Positions 8,403 through 18,500 of a DNA stretch of 64,000 bases are shown one piece after another; the stretch's first letter is position 1, and each line of letters opens with the position of its first letter. A program made the translations under genes and the position numbers. The stretch is taken from the NCBI GenBank assembly GCA_910584255.1, contig CAJTXV010000001.1, forward strand, positions 17,130-81,129, written 5' to 3'. The notes below the pieces were generated by a model. The model did no database searches. It saw only the letters and a program-made list of their open reading frames with translations, and was not told the origin of the DNA. This DNA is from an uncultured Bacilli bacterium. Its GTDB lineage: Bacteria; Bacillota_I; Bacilli_A; RF39; UBA660.

Positions 8403-10491
8403 TTTTCTTTTTCATAAAATATGTACATCCGACTGCGGCTAAAACCATTACTATAAGTCCACCAATGATAAATGGAAGAGTTCCAGATCCACCAGTTTCT
8501 GGTAGGATATTAATCTTTTGGCTATATACTACTACACTATATTTTCCATCCGTTCCATCTACTGCATAATCTTTAATGCTAACTACACCAGAGGAATCGA
8601 CTGACATTTCAAGTGGTTTTTCCAATATGATATATCCTACGGGAACCTTTGTTTCTTTCAAATAGTATTTTTGCTCTGGTATTAAGTTTTCAAATGTTAA
8701 TCCAGATTCTATCTCCTGAGTACATGCAGCATCGCTATAAAGAGTAAATTCTGATCCTTCTAACATAACATTTTCTGCATCTTTTCTGATAATATTTAGT
8801 GAAACATTAGAAACTTTTATAGTTGCACTTGCTTTATATTCTCTCGTTGTATCTAATAAGTAATTATTGCTAGCTAGTGCACCAGTTAATTCTACCGTTT
8901 TAACAACATCTGAAGCATGTGCATCACTTGCTGTATATTCTGCTTTCACAACTACACTGCCACCTGCTGGAATTGAATCAATTCTAACATAGCTATCATT
9001 TAATAATGTGTATTCTGTACCGTTAACAAATCTTACGTCCGTATCTTCATGAAGCATTACGTCAGTGATTGGGAATGTAGCCGGATTTGTTACTGTGATA
9101 TCAAATTGAACTTTATCCCCTGCTTTATAATATCCTGTATCGCTTGGATTAGAAATTTCTTTGCTAATTGTCGGTACAAAGGTTCCTGCACTTTGCATCC
9201 ATTCACCATAGATTACAACATCTTCTGCAGGCATTTCAAATGATGAGGTCTTATACCAACCTAAGAATTGGAATCCAGCAGCCACAGGATTTGAAGCAAT
9301 GGAAACTGTTTCTCCTGGTGCATAAGATTGCTCTGCTGGTAGTAAACTAGTAGCATTGTCTGGAAGTACAGTTCCTTTGAACTCATACGTTACTTTATAT
9401 TTTAGTTGTTCAAACTCTCCTACAAATAAAACTGGCTGAGCTACCATTTGGAAGATTCCATCTTCATCCACAGTTACATCTGTCGTTTGCCAACCTAAGA
9501 AACGGTATCCTGAGACAATGTCTCCTGCCTTTAGACTATCTACTTTTACTTCTTCACCAGCACTATATTGTTTTTCTTTTGGAAGTGTATATCCTTCTGG
9601 TTGAAGTGATCCATTTAATGAATAAGTAACAGCATAGGTTGTATCTTTGGTAAATCTACCTTTTAAGGTCACTTCCTTTGCTGGCATTCTGAAACTTGAA
9701 TTATTGATTGTAACTTCATCAGAAGTCCATCCTGTAAAAGTATATCCTGGAACTGAAATATTATTTATAACACCTACCGTATTACCCTCAGCATAAGACA
9801 TTTCCTCTGGTAATGCTGGTGCATTTTCTGGTACATCACCTTCATAAGCATAACTAACTTTATATAATGTCTCTGATTCACGTCCCATAAATACATGGAC
9901 TGTATTAGAACTTGTCGTCGCTGCATTGGATTTTCCAAAGGCAGTATTATAAAAATCCATTCTTGTATTGCTACCTAAGAAAGGTGTCTTTGTAATAATT
10001 CCAACTGTAATCTTACATCCTGCTTGTAAATTCTTAATCTTAAAAGAAACGGTTCTAGTGGCTTCATTATATGTTAATCCAGCAACACCATCTACTACAT
10101 ATCCTCCACAAGCCGTAGTATTGTCACTTCTTTGAACCGCACCAATACTACCATTCTCACTTTGTACAAATCCTACAAAAGTGAGCCCATCTGGGATTTT
10201 ATCCTCGATGTAAATATAATCACTTCGAACATCTGCAACGGCATCATCGCTAGACATTATCAAATTCTTATCTTTCCCATCATACATAACATCTAGATAA
10301 TATGTTAATTCACTATTTTCATTGACACGAACATGATTATCTAAAAGTGAATATGTGGATTTAGATAAAAATATAGTTGCTGCAAGTAAAGTTGCTGAAA
10401 CTACTACAAGTCCTAAGAAAGCACCAAAAAATAGTCTATTCTTTTTTTGTAATTTCTTTTTACTCTGTTTTTCCTTTTGTTTTTGCATCAA
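8365..10491 (-). CDS. Pilus tip adhesin / LPXTG-anchored surface adhesin with three Listeria-Bacteroides (Flg_new-type) repeats
   Basis: Signal peptide. C-terminal LPETGGSG followed by a hydrophobic span and KKKNGG tail. Three repeats of the YxVTYxxNG...GYTFxGW type (e.g. VPGYTFTGWTSD, GYRFLGWQTTD, AAGFQFLGWY). C-terminal CnaB-like domain. First gene of the sortase cluster; the likely start is the ATG at 10486-10488. Confidence 0.75.
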   Translation of the reverse strand: MMQKQKEKQSKKKLQKKNRLFFGAFLGLVVVSATLLAATIFLSKSTYSLLDNHVRVNENSELTYYLDVMYDGKDKNLIMSSDDAVADVRSDYIYIEDKIPDGLTFVGFVQSENGSIGAVQRSDNTTACGGYVVDGVAGLTYNEATRTVSFKIKNLQAGCKITVGIITKTPFLGSNTRMDFYNTAFGKSNAATTSSNTVHVFMGRESETLYKVSYAYEGDVPENAPALPEEMSYAEGNTVGVINNISVPGYTFTGWTSDEVTINNSSFRMPAKEVTLKGRFTKDTTYAVTYSLNGSLQPEGYTLPKEKQYSAGEEVKVDSLKAGDIVSGYRFLGWQTTDVTVDEDGIFQMVAQPVLFVGEFEQLKYKVTYEFKGTVLPDNATSLLPAEQSYAPGETVSIASNPVAAGFQFLGWYKTSSFEMPAEDVVIYGEWMQSAGTFVPTISKEISNPSDTGYYKAGDKVQFDITVTNPATFPITDVMLHEDTDVRFVNGTEYTLLNDSYVRIDSIPAGGSVVVKAEYTASDAHASDVVKTVELTGALASNNYLLDTTREYKASATIKVSNVSLNIIRKDAENVMLEGSEFTLYSDAACTQEIESGLTFENLIPEQKYYLKETKVPVGYIILEKPLEMSVDSSGVVSIKDYAVDGTDGKYSVVVYSQKINILPETGGSGTLPFIIGGLIVMVLAAVGCTYFMKKKNGGGQNAKKNKK

Positions 10492-10529
10492 ATACCTACT
10501 CTCCTTACTATCACTTATATTAAGTATAA

Positions 10530-10585
10530 CAGATTTAAAAAAAAATCAAACCCCTAAACCTAATTTTTTAATTTTTTTTTTGGTA
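10530..10585 (-). promoter_or_regulatory. Putative promoter of the pilus operon with homopolymeric tracts (A9 on plus strand = T9 in spacer; T6-A-T11 just upstream)
   Basis: Minus-strand reading gives TTGATT-(T7 AAATCTGT)-TATACT then AAGGAGAG RBS and ATG. The -35/-10 spacer is about 15 nt and includes the T9 run, so a change in tract length alters the spacing. Confidence 0.35.
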
Positions 10586-10602
10586 TTTTAAATATTTTAA
10601 GA

Positions 10603-10632
10603 TAAAAAAGATACTATTTATTCATAGTATCT
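10603..10632 (-). terminator. Rho-independent terminator downstream of gltX
   Basis: Perfect 8-bp stem GATACTAT/ATAGTATC with a 6-nt loop, followed on the minus strand by a TTTTTTAT run (plus-strand agataaaaaa). Confidence 0.5.
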
Positions 10633-10641
10633 CCATAATTA

Positions 10642-12303
10642 CTAATCATAATTCATAAATTTTTTAAACCGTTGCGTAATCCGTTTTTTTCCAAGAAGTT
10701 TTAAAATTTCGTATAAATCTGGAGTCATAGAACTCGTTGTAGCAGCTACTCGTATCACTGTAGAAACATCAGCAACACTTCCCTTATATGAATCTGGATT
10801 CGTTTTATAGGTTTTCATATCACTACAATATCCCAGTTTCTCTGATAGTTCTTTTATCTTATTAAACCAAACTTCTTTATCATCTTTTTCATCATAGTAT
10901 TTTTCAAGGTATGTTTTTAAGATATGAGTAATTTCTTCTCTATCATCAATTTTTCCAAATTGATACTCTAATTTTCCAGTGAAGTATTCATCAAACATAT
11001 ACCAGACACAATCTTTAATCGTTGAAAATGATGCATAATCTTTTCTTGGTTTCTTTTGTTCTCTTTCAATATTAAAAATAGAAATTGCATATTGTTTATA
11101 ATTTTCTAAAATAGATGCAAACTCTGAATCAAACTCTTTTGCCCAGACTAATAGTTTGTCATAAACTTCACTTGCTTTTAATCTACTGATATAACTTTTA
11201 GAAATATTCATTAATTTTTCTAGATCAAATAGACTTCCAGAAACACTCATTTTCTTAAAATCAAATTTAAAGTCATCGATTCCCAGTGTTTGATTTTGAT
11301 CCCACCAGGCTTCAAAGTTGGTATTGGCAATTGTCATTAGATATAAGTTTACGGCTTCTACTGGAATTCCTTTTTGATGATAGTAACTAACCGCAGCTTC
11401 TGGATCTTTTCTTTTAGAAAGCTTTCGGCGAGTTCCATTTTCATCTACTTTCATAACGGTTCCTAAATGTGCATATTTAGGTGGTTCAAATCCAAATACT
11501 TGAAATAGTTGTAGATGAACAGGGGTAGAAGAAATCCATTCATCTCCACGAATTACATGCGTTGTTCTCATCAAGTGGTCATCTACTAAATGGGCAAAGT
11601 GATAAAGAGGTAATCCATCACCCTTAATAATTACAATGTCTAAATCACTTTCGGGAAATTCAATTTTTCCACGCACCAAGTCATTTATAACAATTTTCTT
11701 ATTAAAATCTCCTGGTGACTTCAAGCGAATAATATAGGGCTCTCCCTTTTTAATTCGTTCAGCTCTTTCTTCATTTGATAAAAAACGACATTCTGCATAA
11801 CTACCATAGTACCCGATTCTTTCCTTATTTAATTCCTGCATTTGTCTAGTTTCCTCGATTTTCTCTGGTGTACAAAAACATGGATAAGCCATTCCTTGTT
11901 CTATTAAATGCTTTGCAAAAGCTTCATAAATTTCTTTTCTTTGACTTTGAATATATGGACCATATTCTCCGATTTGTTCTGTTTCTGATACAACACCTTC
12001 ATCGATTGTGATATCAAAGTTTTTCAAATCATCGATAATTCCTTGAATTCCATTTTCAACGGTTCTAGCTCCATCGGTATCCTCAATTCGTAAAAAGAAA
12101 ACCCCATTGGTATCCTTTGGTACCTTTTTTGCGATAAAAGCAGAACGCAAACTTCCCATATGCACAAATCCTGTAGGACTAGGCGCAAAACGAGATACGA
12201 CAGCTCCCTCAGGTAAATTTCTCTCTGGATATATTTTTTCATAGTCTTCAATTGTTTTTGTAATGTTTGGAAAGATTAAATCTGCTAATTCTTTATTTGT
12301 CAC
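10642..12303 (-). CDS. gltX: Glutamate--tRNA ligase (glutamyl-tRNA synthetase)
   Basis: Class I aaRS N-terminus RFAPSPTGFVHMGSLRSA (HIGH-type motif) and KLSKRK (KMSKS motif). 553 aa, longer than usual because of a C-terminal extension. Adjacent to tRNA-Gln. Confidence 0.75.
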   Translation of the reverse strand: MTNKELADLIFPNITKTIEDYEKIYPERNLPEGAVVSRFAPSPTGFVHMGSLRSAFIAKKVPKDTNGVFFLRIEDTDGARTVENGIQGIIDDLKNFDITIDEGVVSETEQIGEYGPYIQSQRKEIYEAFAKHLIEQGMAYPCFCTPEKIEETRQMQELNKERIGYYGSYAECRFLSNEERAERIKKGEPYIIRLKSPGDFNKKIVINDLVRGKIEFPESDLDIVIIKGDGLPLYHFAHLVDDHLMRTTHVIRGDEWISSTPVHLQLFQVFGFEPPKYAHLGTVMKVDENGTRRKLSKRKDPEAAVSYYHQKGIPVEAVNLYLMTIANTNFEAWWDQNQTLGIDDFKFDFKKMSVSGSLFDLEKLMNISKSYISRLKASEVYDKLLVWAKEFDSEFASILENYKQYAISIFNIEREQKKPRKDYASFSTIKDCVWYMFDEYFTGKLEYQFGKIDDREEITHILKTYLEKYYDEKDDKEVWFNKIKELSEKLGYCSDMKTYKTNPDSYKGSVADVSTVIRVAATTSSMTPDLYEILKLLGKKRITQRFKKFMNYD

Positions 12304-12421
12304 TTAAATCACATCCTCTTAAATATACACTTATCATAACAAATATAAACCCTTTTATCAAGATAGCAAAAGATTTATTTGTAAAGAAAAAAAGCCTTTA
12401 TTCCAAAGCTTTATTATTATT

Positions 12422-12496
12422 TGGCTGCCCCAGCTAGATTCGAACTAGCGCATGGCAGATTCAGAGTCTGCAGCCTTACCGCTTGGCTATGGGGCA
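12422..12496 (-). tRNA. tRNA-Gln (anticodon CUG)
   Basis: Reverse complement folds as a cloverleaf UGCCCCA-...-anticodon stem GCAGA/UCUGC with loop CUCUGAA (U33, CUG, A37)-...-UGGGGCA-G-CCA. The U1-A72 pair is typical of bacterial tRNA-Gln. CCA is encoded. Confidence 0.85.
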
Positions 12497-12583
12497 ATAA
12501 CAAAATAATAATATCATAAATTTTCGATTTTTTCAATACTTAAGAAAATCGTGTTCAGAAGTAAAAAAACAAAAAAGAAGACT

Positions 12584-15500
12584 TTATTCATTCAGTCCTC
12601 TTTTTCCTAAGATATAGTTTTTAATTCGAATCACATCGGGTGCCGTCACTAATCCATCTTGATTGATATCAACGATTTTTGTGACTAAGAAGTCGACTTG
12701 TTTCTTTCCTAAGACATAGTTCTTTGCTTGAATGTTATCAGCTGCTGTTACTAAGCCATCTCCATTTAAGTCCCCTCGAACGGTGATTACTAGTTCATCG
12801 TAAACAAATCCATCAATTTCTAGTTTGATTACCATGTAACTTCCTATGAATTTATCTTCTTCCGTAATCTCTACTCCATCACTTCCATAGATATGAAGTG
12901 TTTCTCTATCATTTAAGAAGTTTCCAATAAAATCTGTCTTCTTTGTTTTCGGATCCATTCCTATTACATAGTCTTTCGTTTCATTTCTGTCAATCGTATA
13001 AATATCACTTCGAATCGTATATTCTAGACTATCCCTTGTAATATTGATTTTATATTCTTGAGTTGTATATCCATCTTTCGCAATCACTTCTACGATATAA
13101 GTACTAATCGACCTATCTACTAAATTCACGTCTCCCATAAGATTGACTGTTGCGTTACTGTCTTTTGGTACCGCCGTAATTTCACTTTCTAGTAGTTTTC
13201 TCTTTGATTTTGAGACTTGGATATTATATTCAAAAGTATCTGGTTCAAAAGTAAATGGATATCCTAAAATTTCTAATCTCTCTAGTCTTACTTCACTTTC
13301 TGATTCTTTCTTAACATGAATTACATAGGTCTTTATACTTCCATCTTCAGCTGTTACTACGATATTTCTTGTGCTTTCTCCATCTGTTACTCCTAGTGTT
13401 TCATGTCCCACTACGGTCGCCTTACTACTTTCTGTTTTTACTTTAAATCCTAAACTATTTACATCTCTGCCTAACTCTAATGTATATTCTAAAGTTTCTT
13501 TATCGAAACTTGGATTTAAAGTTCCACCACTTGGAATTAAACTACTTAAATAATTATTACTTGATATTGGATTTTCAACTGTGATGGTGTATGTTTTTAC
13601 TACTCCTAATTCACTTGTTACTGTTACATTGATTGTATTGGTTCCTGCTTTTAATAGGATTATTCCATCTCCTACTACTGTCGCATTCTTATCATCTGAA
13701 TCTGCTTCTACTTTTGCATATTCTTCACTGGTTGTTAGATTTACTTGATATGTTAATGTTTCTTTATTAAATCCTATATCGTAGAGCCTTTCATCTAATC
13801 CAAAATAAAGTTTTAATTCTTTTAAATTATTGTTCTCTGATTGTTTTCTATTTACATTTACATAATAAGTTCTAGTAACTCCTATCATACTTCTAACTTT
13901 GATTGGAATTCTATTGATTCCTTTCTTTAAAGCATATGGATTTCCATTTCCTATTTTAGATGTAATTGTTGCGCTACTATCTTCTGCTGTTGCCTGGACT
14001 ATAATCTCTTCTATCTCGCCTTCTACTTCTACATTATACTCTAATGTAGTTGGATTAAATTTTGGATCTAATGTTCCATGATCTACACTTAAACTACTTA
14101 AGAAGTTATTTGATGACATTTGACGATTTACATATAGGATGTATTCTTCTTCTAGGGAATTATCACTTGATGTTACTTTGATATGTACTTCATTCATTCC
14201 AATCTCAAAGTTTTCATTTCCTGTGACTACAACTGTTGCATTGCTTTCTTCTTTTTCATAACTTAGTTCTAGTTCAGTTACCTCATAATCTACATCAACA
14301 TAATATTCAAATATTTCTTTGTTGAAGGTTTGATCTAAATCGTATCCTTTTATTTTTAAGTCTGTTAAGTAAGCACTTTTTACTTCAGATCGATTGACTG
14401 TAATTGTATAAATGTTGGTAAGTCCTGATTCACTAGTTACTGTAATATTGATAGTATTTTCTCCTATATTTAAATCATAATTTTTTAGTCCCAATACTGT
14501 AGCATTACTATCTTCTAGTGTTCCTGTAAATTCTATATTGTCATCTTCTGCCCCTACTTCAATTGTATAAGAATTTATCTCTTTATCAAAGGTTTGATTC
14601 CAAACACCAACATTACTATAAAGACTCGCTAAATAATTGTTATCACTTGCCTCTTTGGTGATTAGAATCTTATAATTTTTGTCTGTTCCTGCTTCAGAAG
14701 TTACCACGATGTCAAAATAGTTTTCTCCTGCATGGATTGGTTTTAATCCAGTACCAACTATTGTTGCATTACTATCTTCTGTTTTTGCCTTAATTATTAC
14801 ACTATTGATATTATTTGGAACCTCTACTGTATAGAACGTAATTCCTTTATGAAAGGTTGGAACTAACGTATAGCCTTCAACATCTAAAGAAGATAAATTA
14901 TTGTTCTTACTTCCTTCTTTCGTAATAGTTAAGGTATAAGTCTTTTTCGTTGTTCCATCTGGCGCTGTTACTTCAATTGTTACTGTATTTTCTCCTGTTT
15001 GAAAGTCTTGATTTCCACTTACTACATAGGTTGCTTCAGCCTCTGTTGGTTGTATCGTTGTAAAATCTAAGTAATCTTTACTTGTCTTTAAAGTATAGCC
15101 TAAAGTATTACTATTAAATGTTGGACTTAGCATATGACTCTTGACAACTAGACTAGAAAGTGTTGCATCACTTGATTTCTTCCTTGTTACTACGATTTGA
15201 TAGTCTCTTTGTACTCCATCGGTTCCAACCACAAAAACACTAATTCCATTCTTTCCTACATTTAAATGATACTTTCCTGTTCCTAATACTTGAACTTCAT
15301 CACTTAAGCTTTCTGCTGTTACTGTGATATCTGTAATATTATTTTCTACTTCTAATGTATAGTTCAATGTATCTGGATTAAAGATTGGACTAATTTCTCC
15401 TCGGTTGGTTTCTAAAGTTAATAACCCAAGATTTTCTGTTGTTGATTCTTGTCTTGTAATCGAAAGGGTATAGGTTTTTTTATTTCCTTTTGGAGCTGTC

Positions 15501-18500
15501 ACTATTACTTGTATTTCTCTTGGAACTCCTACTTCTAATCCTGTCGTATCTCCAACAATATCCACAGTTGCATCTTTATCTTCTGGGACCCCCTCAATAT
15601 GTACTTCCGTTTTATTGTTTGGTATCTTTACATCATAGAATATCGTTGTTTCTTGGAAATGTGGTGAAAGTCCCCCTTCTTCTACATAAAGAAAACTTAA
15701 ATCATCATTCGTTGACTGATCCCTGATGACTCTCACTACATAGTCCTTATAATTTCCTGCTTCACCTGTAACTCTCATGGTTATATCATTATTTCCTATA
15801 GTTAATGGATAATACCCATTTCCAGTTACTCTCGTACTACTACTAGTTGGTATTCCTTCTAGAATTATATCTGATATTTCATACTGTACATTAATTAAGT
15901 AATCATATCCAGTAACACTTGGATTTTCTGACTTCGTTACAGTACTTCCCCTGTTATTCTTAATCTCTTTGAATGTGATATCTTCATCTGTTTTCGCTTT
16001 ATTTACTGTAATTATATAGTCATTTGTTAATCCAGATTCACTTGTTACTGTAATCGTGATTTTGTTCTCTCCTTCTACTAATGAATAGATTCCGTTTCCT
16101 GAAACAGTTGCCATAGCATCTTCTTTGATTCCTTCCATATTTATTGTACTTACTTGTGCTCCTACTTCCATAGAATACTCATTTTTCGCCTTATCAAATT
16201 CAGGGGTTAGATTTCCTTCGCTTACCTTTAAACTCCTTAAGTAATTATTATCTGAGACTTCTTTTCTTACCTTAATAGTATATACTTTATATTCTTTGTT
16301 CTCTGCAACCACTGTAACCGTAATTTCTCCTACACTTTGATTTAAATTATTATTTCCTCGTATTATATATGTCGCATTCGTATCTTCTAATTCTACTTTT
16401 ACTTTTACACTCGTTACTTCTCTTGGTATCTCAATATTATATTCTAATGTGTCTTTGTCGAAGGTTGGATCTAACGGATATTCCTCTACTTCTAATTTCA
16501 ATATGTTAGTATTTGAAGATTTCTCTCGGTTAATTACTATCTCATATACATTGGTATCTCCATCTGGGGCAGTCACTGTTACATTTATGATATTTACACC
16601 TGATTTTAGTTTATGGACTCCATCATTCGTAACACTCGCTGAGGTATCCTCTAAGGTCACTCGAACATCTACTTCACTTACTTCATTTCCTACATTGATT
16701 TGATAAGTGTTTATAAATGAATTAAAGGTTGGGTCTAAGGTAAGCACACTTCCATTATGAAGTACTTCTAAATTACTTAAAAGTGTACTTACATTTACTT
16801 CATGATGGGCATGAATAATATACGTTCTGATATCACCATTTTGCGCAGTAACCGTAATAATACAATCATTCATTCCTGCTTTTAAGTTTGTATTTCCTTT
16901 GATACTTACTTTTGCCTTTGGATCCTTTGGTACTGCATTTACCGTATATTCACTTACCGTTTTTGGTATCGTTACATAATATTCATACGTATATGGTTTA
17001 AAATCTAACGCTACAACTGGGTCAGTGATTTCTAATACCTTTAATAGATTATTTCCTGTTGAATCTCTATCAATATTATAAGTATAAACAATATTTTGAC
17101 TATCATCTTCACTGATGACTTCAATTTCAAAACTATTGATTCCTGGTTCTAACGCTACACTACTTAAATCACTTACTACTTCTTTACTTCCATCACTTTT
17201 TAACTTTCGATATATTACTTCTTGATATTCTGATCTTTGCGTTACTTCAAATCCTATACTTAATGTTTTAAATGGTAATTTTATATTATATTCTGTTGTG
17301 GTTTCATTAAATTGATACTGACAGTATGATGCATTACTATCACACAAATATGCATAAGAATTCTCTATCTTAATATCGATTGGATGCGGGTTACTTGATC
17401 CTTTACGATTAATAATTAGTTTATAAACTCTAACACTATCATCTGTTGCGGTTACTTCGATTTCATGAATCGTTTGTCCTGGTGGAAGTTTAATTGTTTC
17501 ATCTCCACCTACTACTTTAGCGTCTTTATCCTTGGCAATTGCCTTAATCTTTAAAGAAGTATGGGTTTCATCTAAGTTTAAGATATATTCTTCTACCGTT
17601 GGGTCATAATCGATTTCAACATCCCCATCATCTAAAGTAATACTCTCCAAGAAATTATTATTACTTAAAACCGACAATAATTTTATTCTGGCATATCCAT
17701 CTCCAGAATGTCCGACACCATTCTCATAGTATCCTCCTTCTGGATCTGGCATTGGCGTAAGATTTCCTATAGTTGTCGTCCAATTGTATCCACGACCATC
17801 AATCATCCTAGTTTCAGTAAATACTTTCCCAGAATAATGATTTGCCTGTCCAGAAGCAACTCCATTTTCAGTGATGGCATTACATCCCGCATGTCCTGAG
17901 ATGAAGGATGATCCACCACCAGCACCTTGACCGGCACCACCACCACCAGTGGAACCTCCAGCGCCACCACCATAGTAGCCACCGCCACCACCACCGGCAC
18001 CAATGCCATCGGAAAATGAGTCGTTATTACCACCGATACCAAAAGTTCCAGGATTTACAGTACCATAAGCACCACTAAAAATGTTAGTTCCAGCAGATCC
18101 ACCAACAGTTTGGGTTCCACCTTTTCCATTTTGATTATAATACCTATGCCCAGAGTAATACCCTCCTGCATAACCATTCAATCCACCAGCGTAACTTCCT
18201 TCACCAGCAGTATTATAATTGCTAACGGAAACACCACCACCTGCTCCTGCAACCATGATTCTGGATTTTAGAGAATTTAAATCATTCCAATCTCCCTTCA
18301 CTAAACGAACGTCTGTGGCTCCTCCTCCAGAAGCACCAAAAACACCATAACCATAAGCCTTTCTAGTATTTCCACCATATCCACCACCATTAAAGGTAGA
18401 TTCTCTACTTTGTTCCTTTCCTTGTTCACCAATATAGAAATAAAGTTTTTCACCTAAATTTAATTTAATTTTTCCTTTAGTATATCCGCCTTTCCCTAAA

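Noticed and set aside
12422-12496. tRNA-Gln as a possible integration site for a mobile element carrying the giant surface-protein gene or the T4SS
   Set aside because: The tRNA 3' end faces gltX, which is a functional partner. No direct repeat of the tRNA 3' end was noticed downstream, and the T4SS lies 12 kb away, separated by typA. There is no support for integration here.
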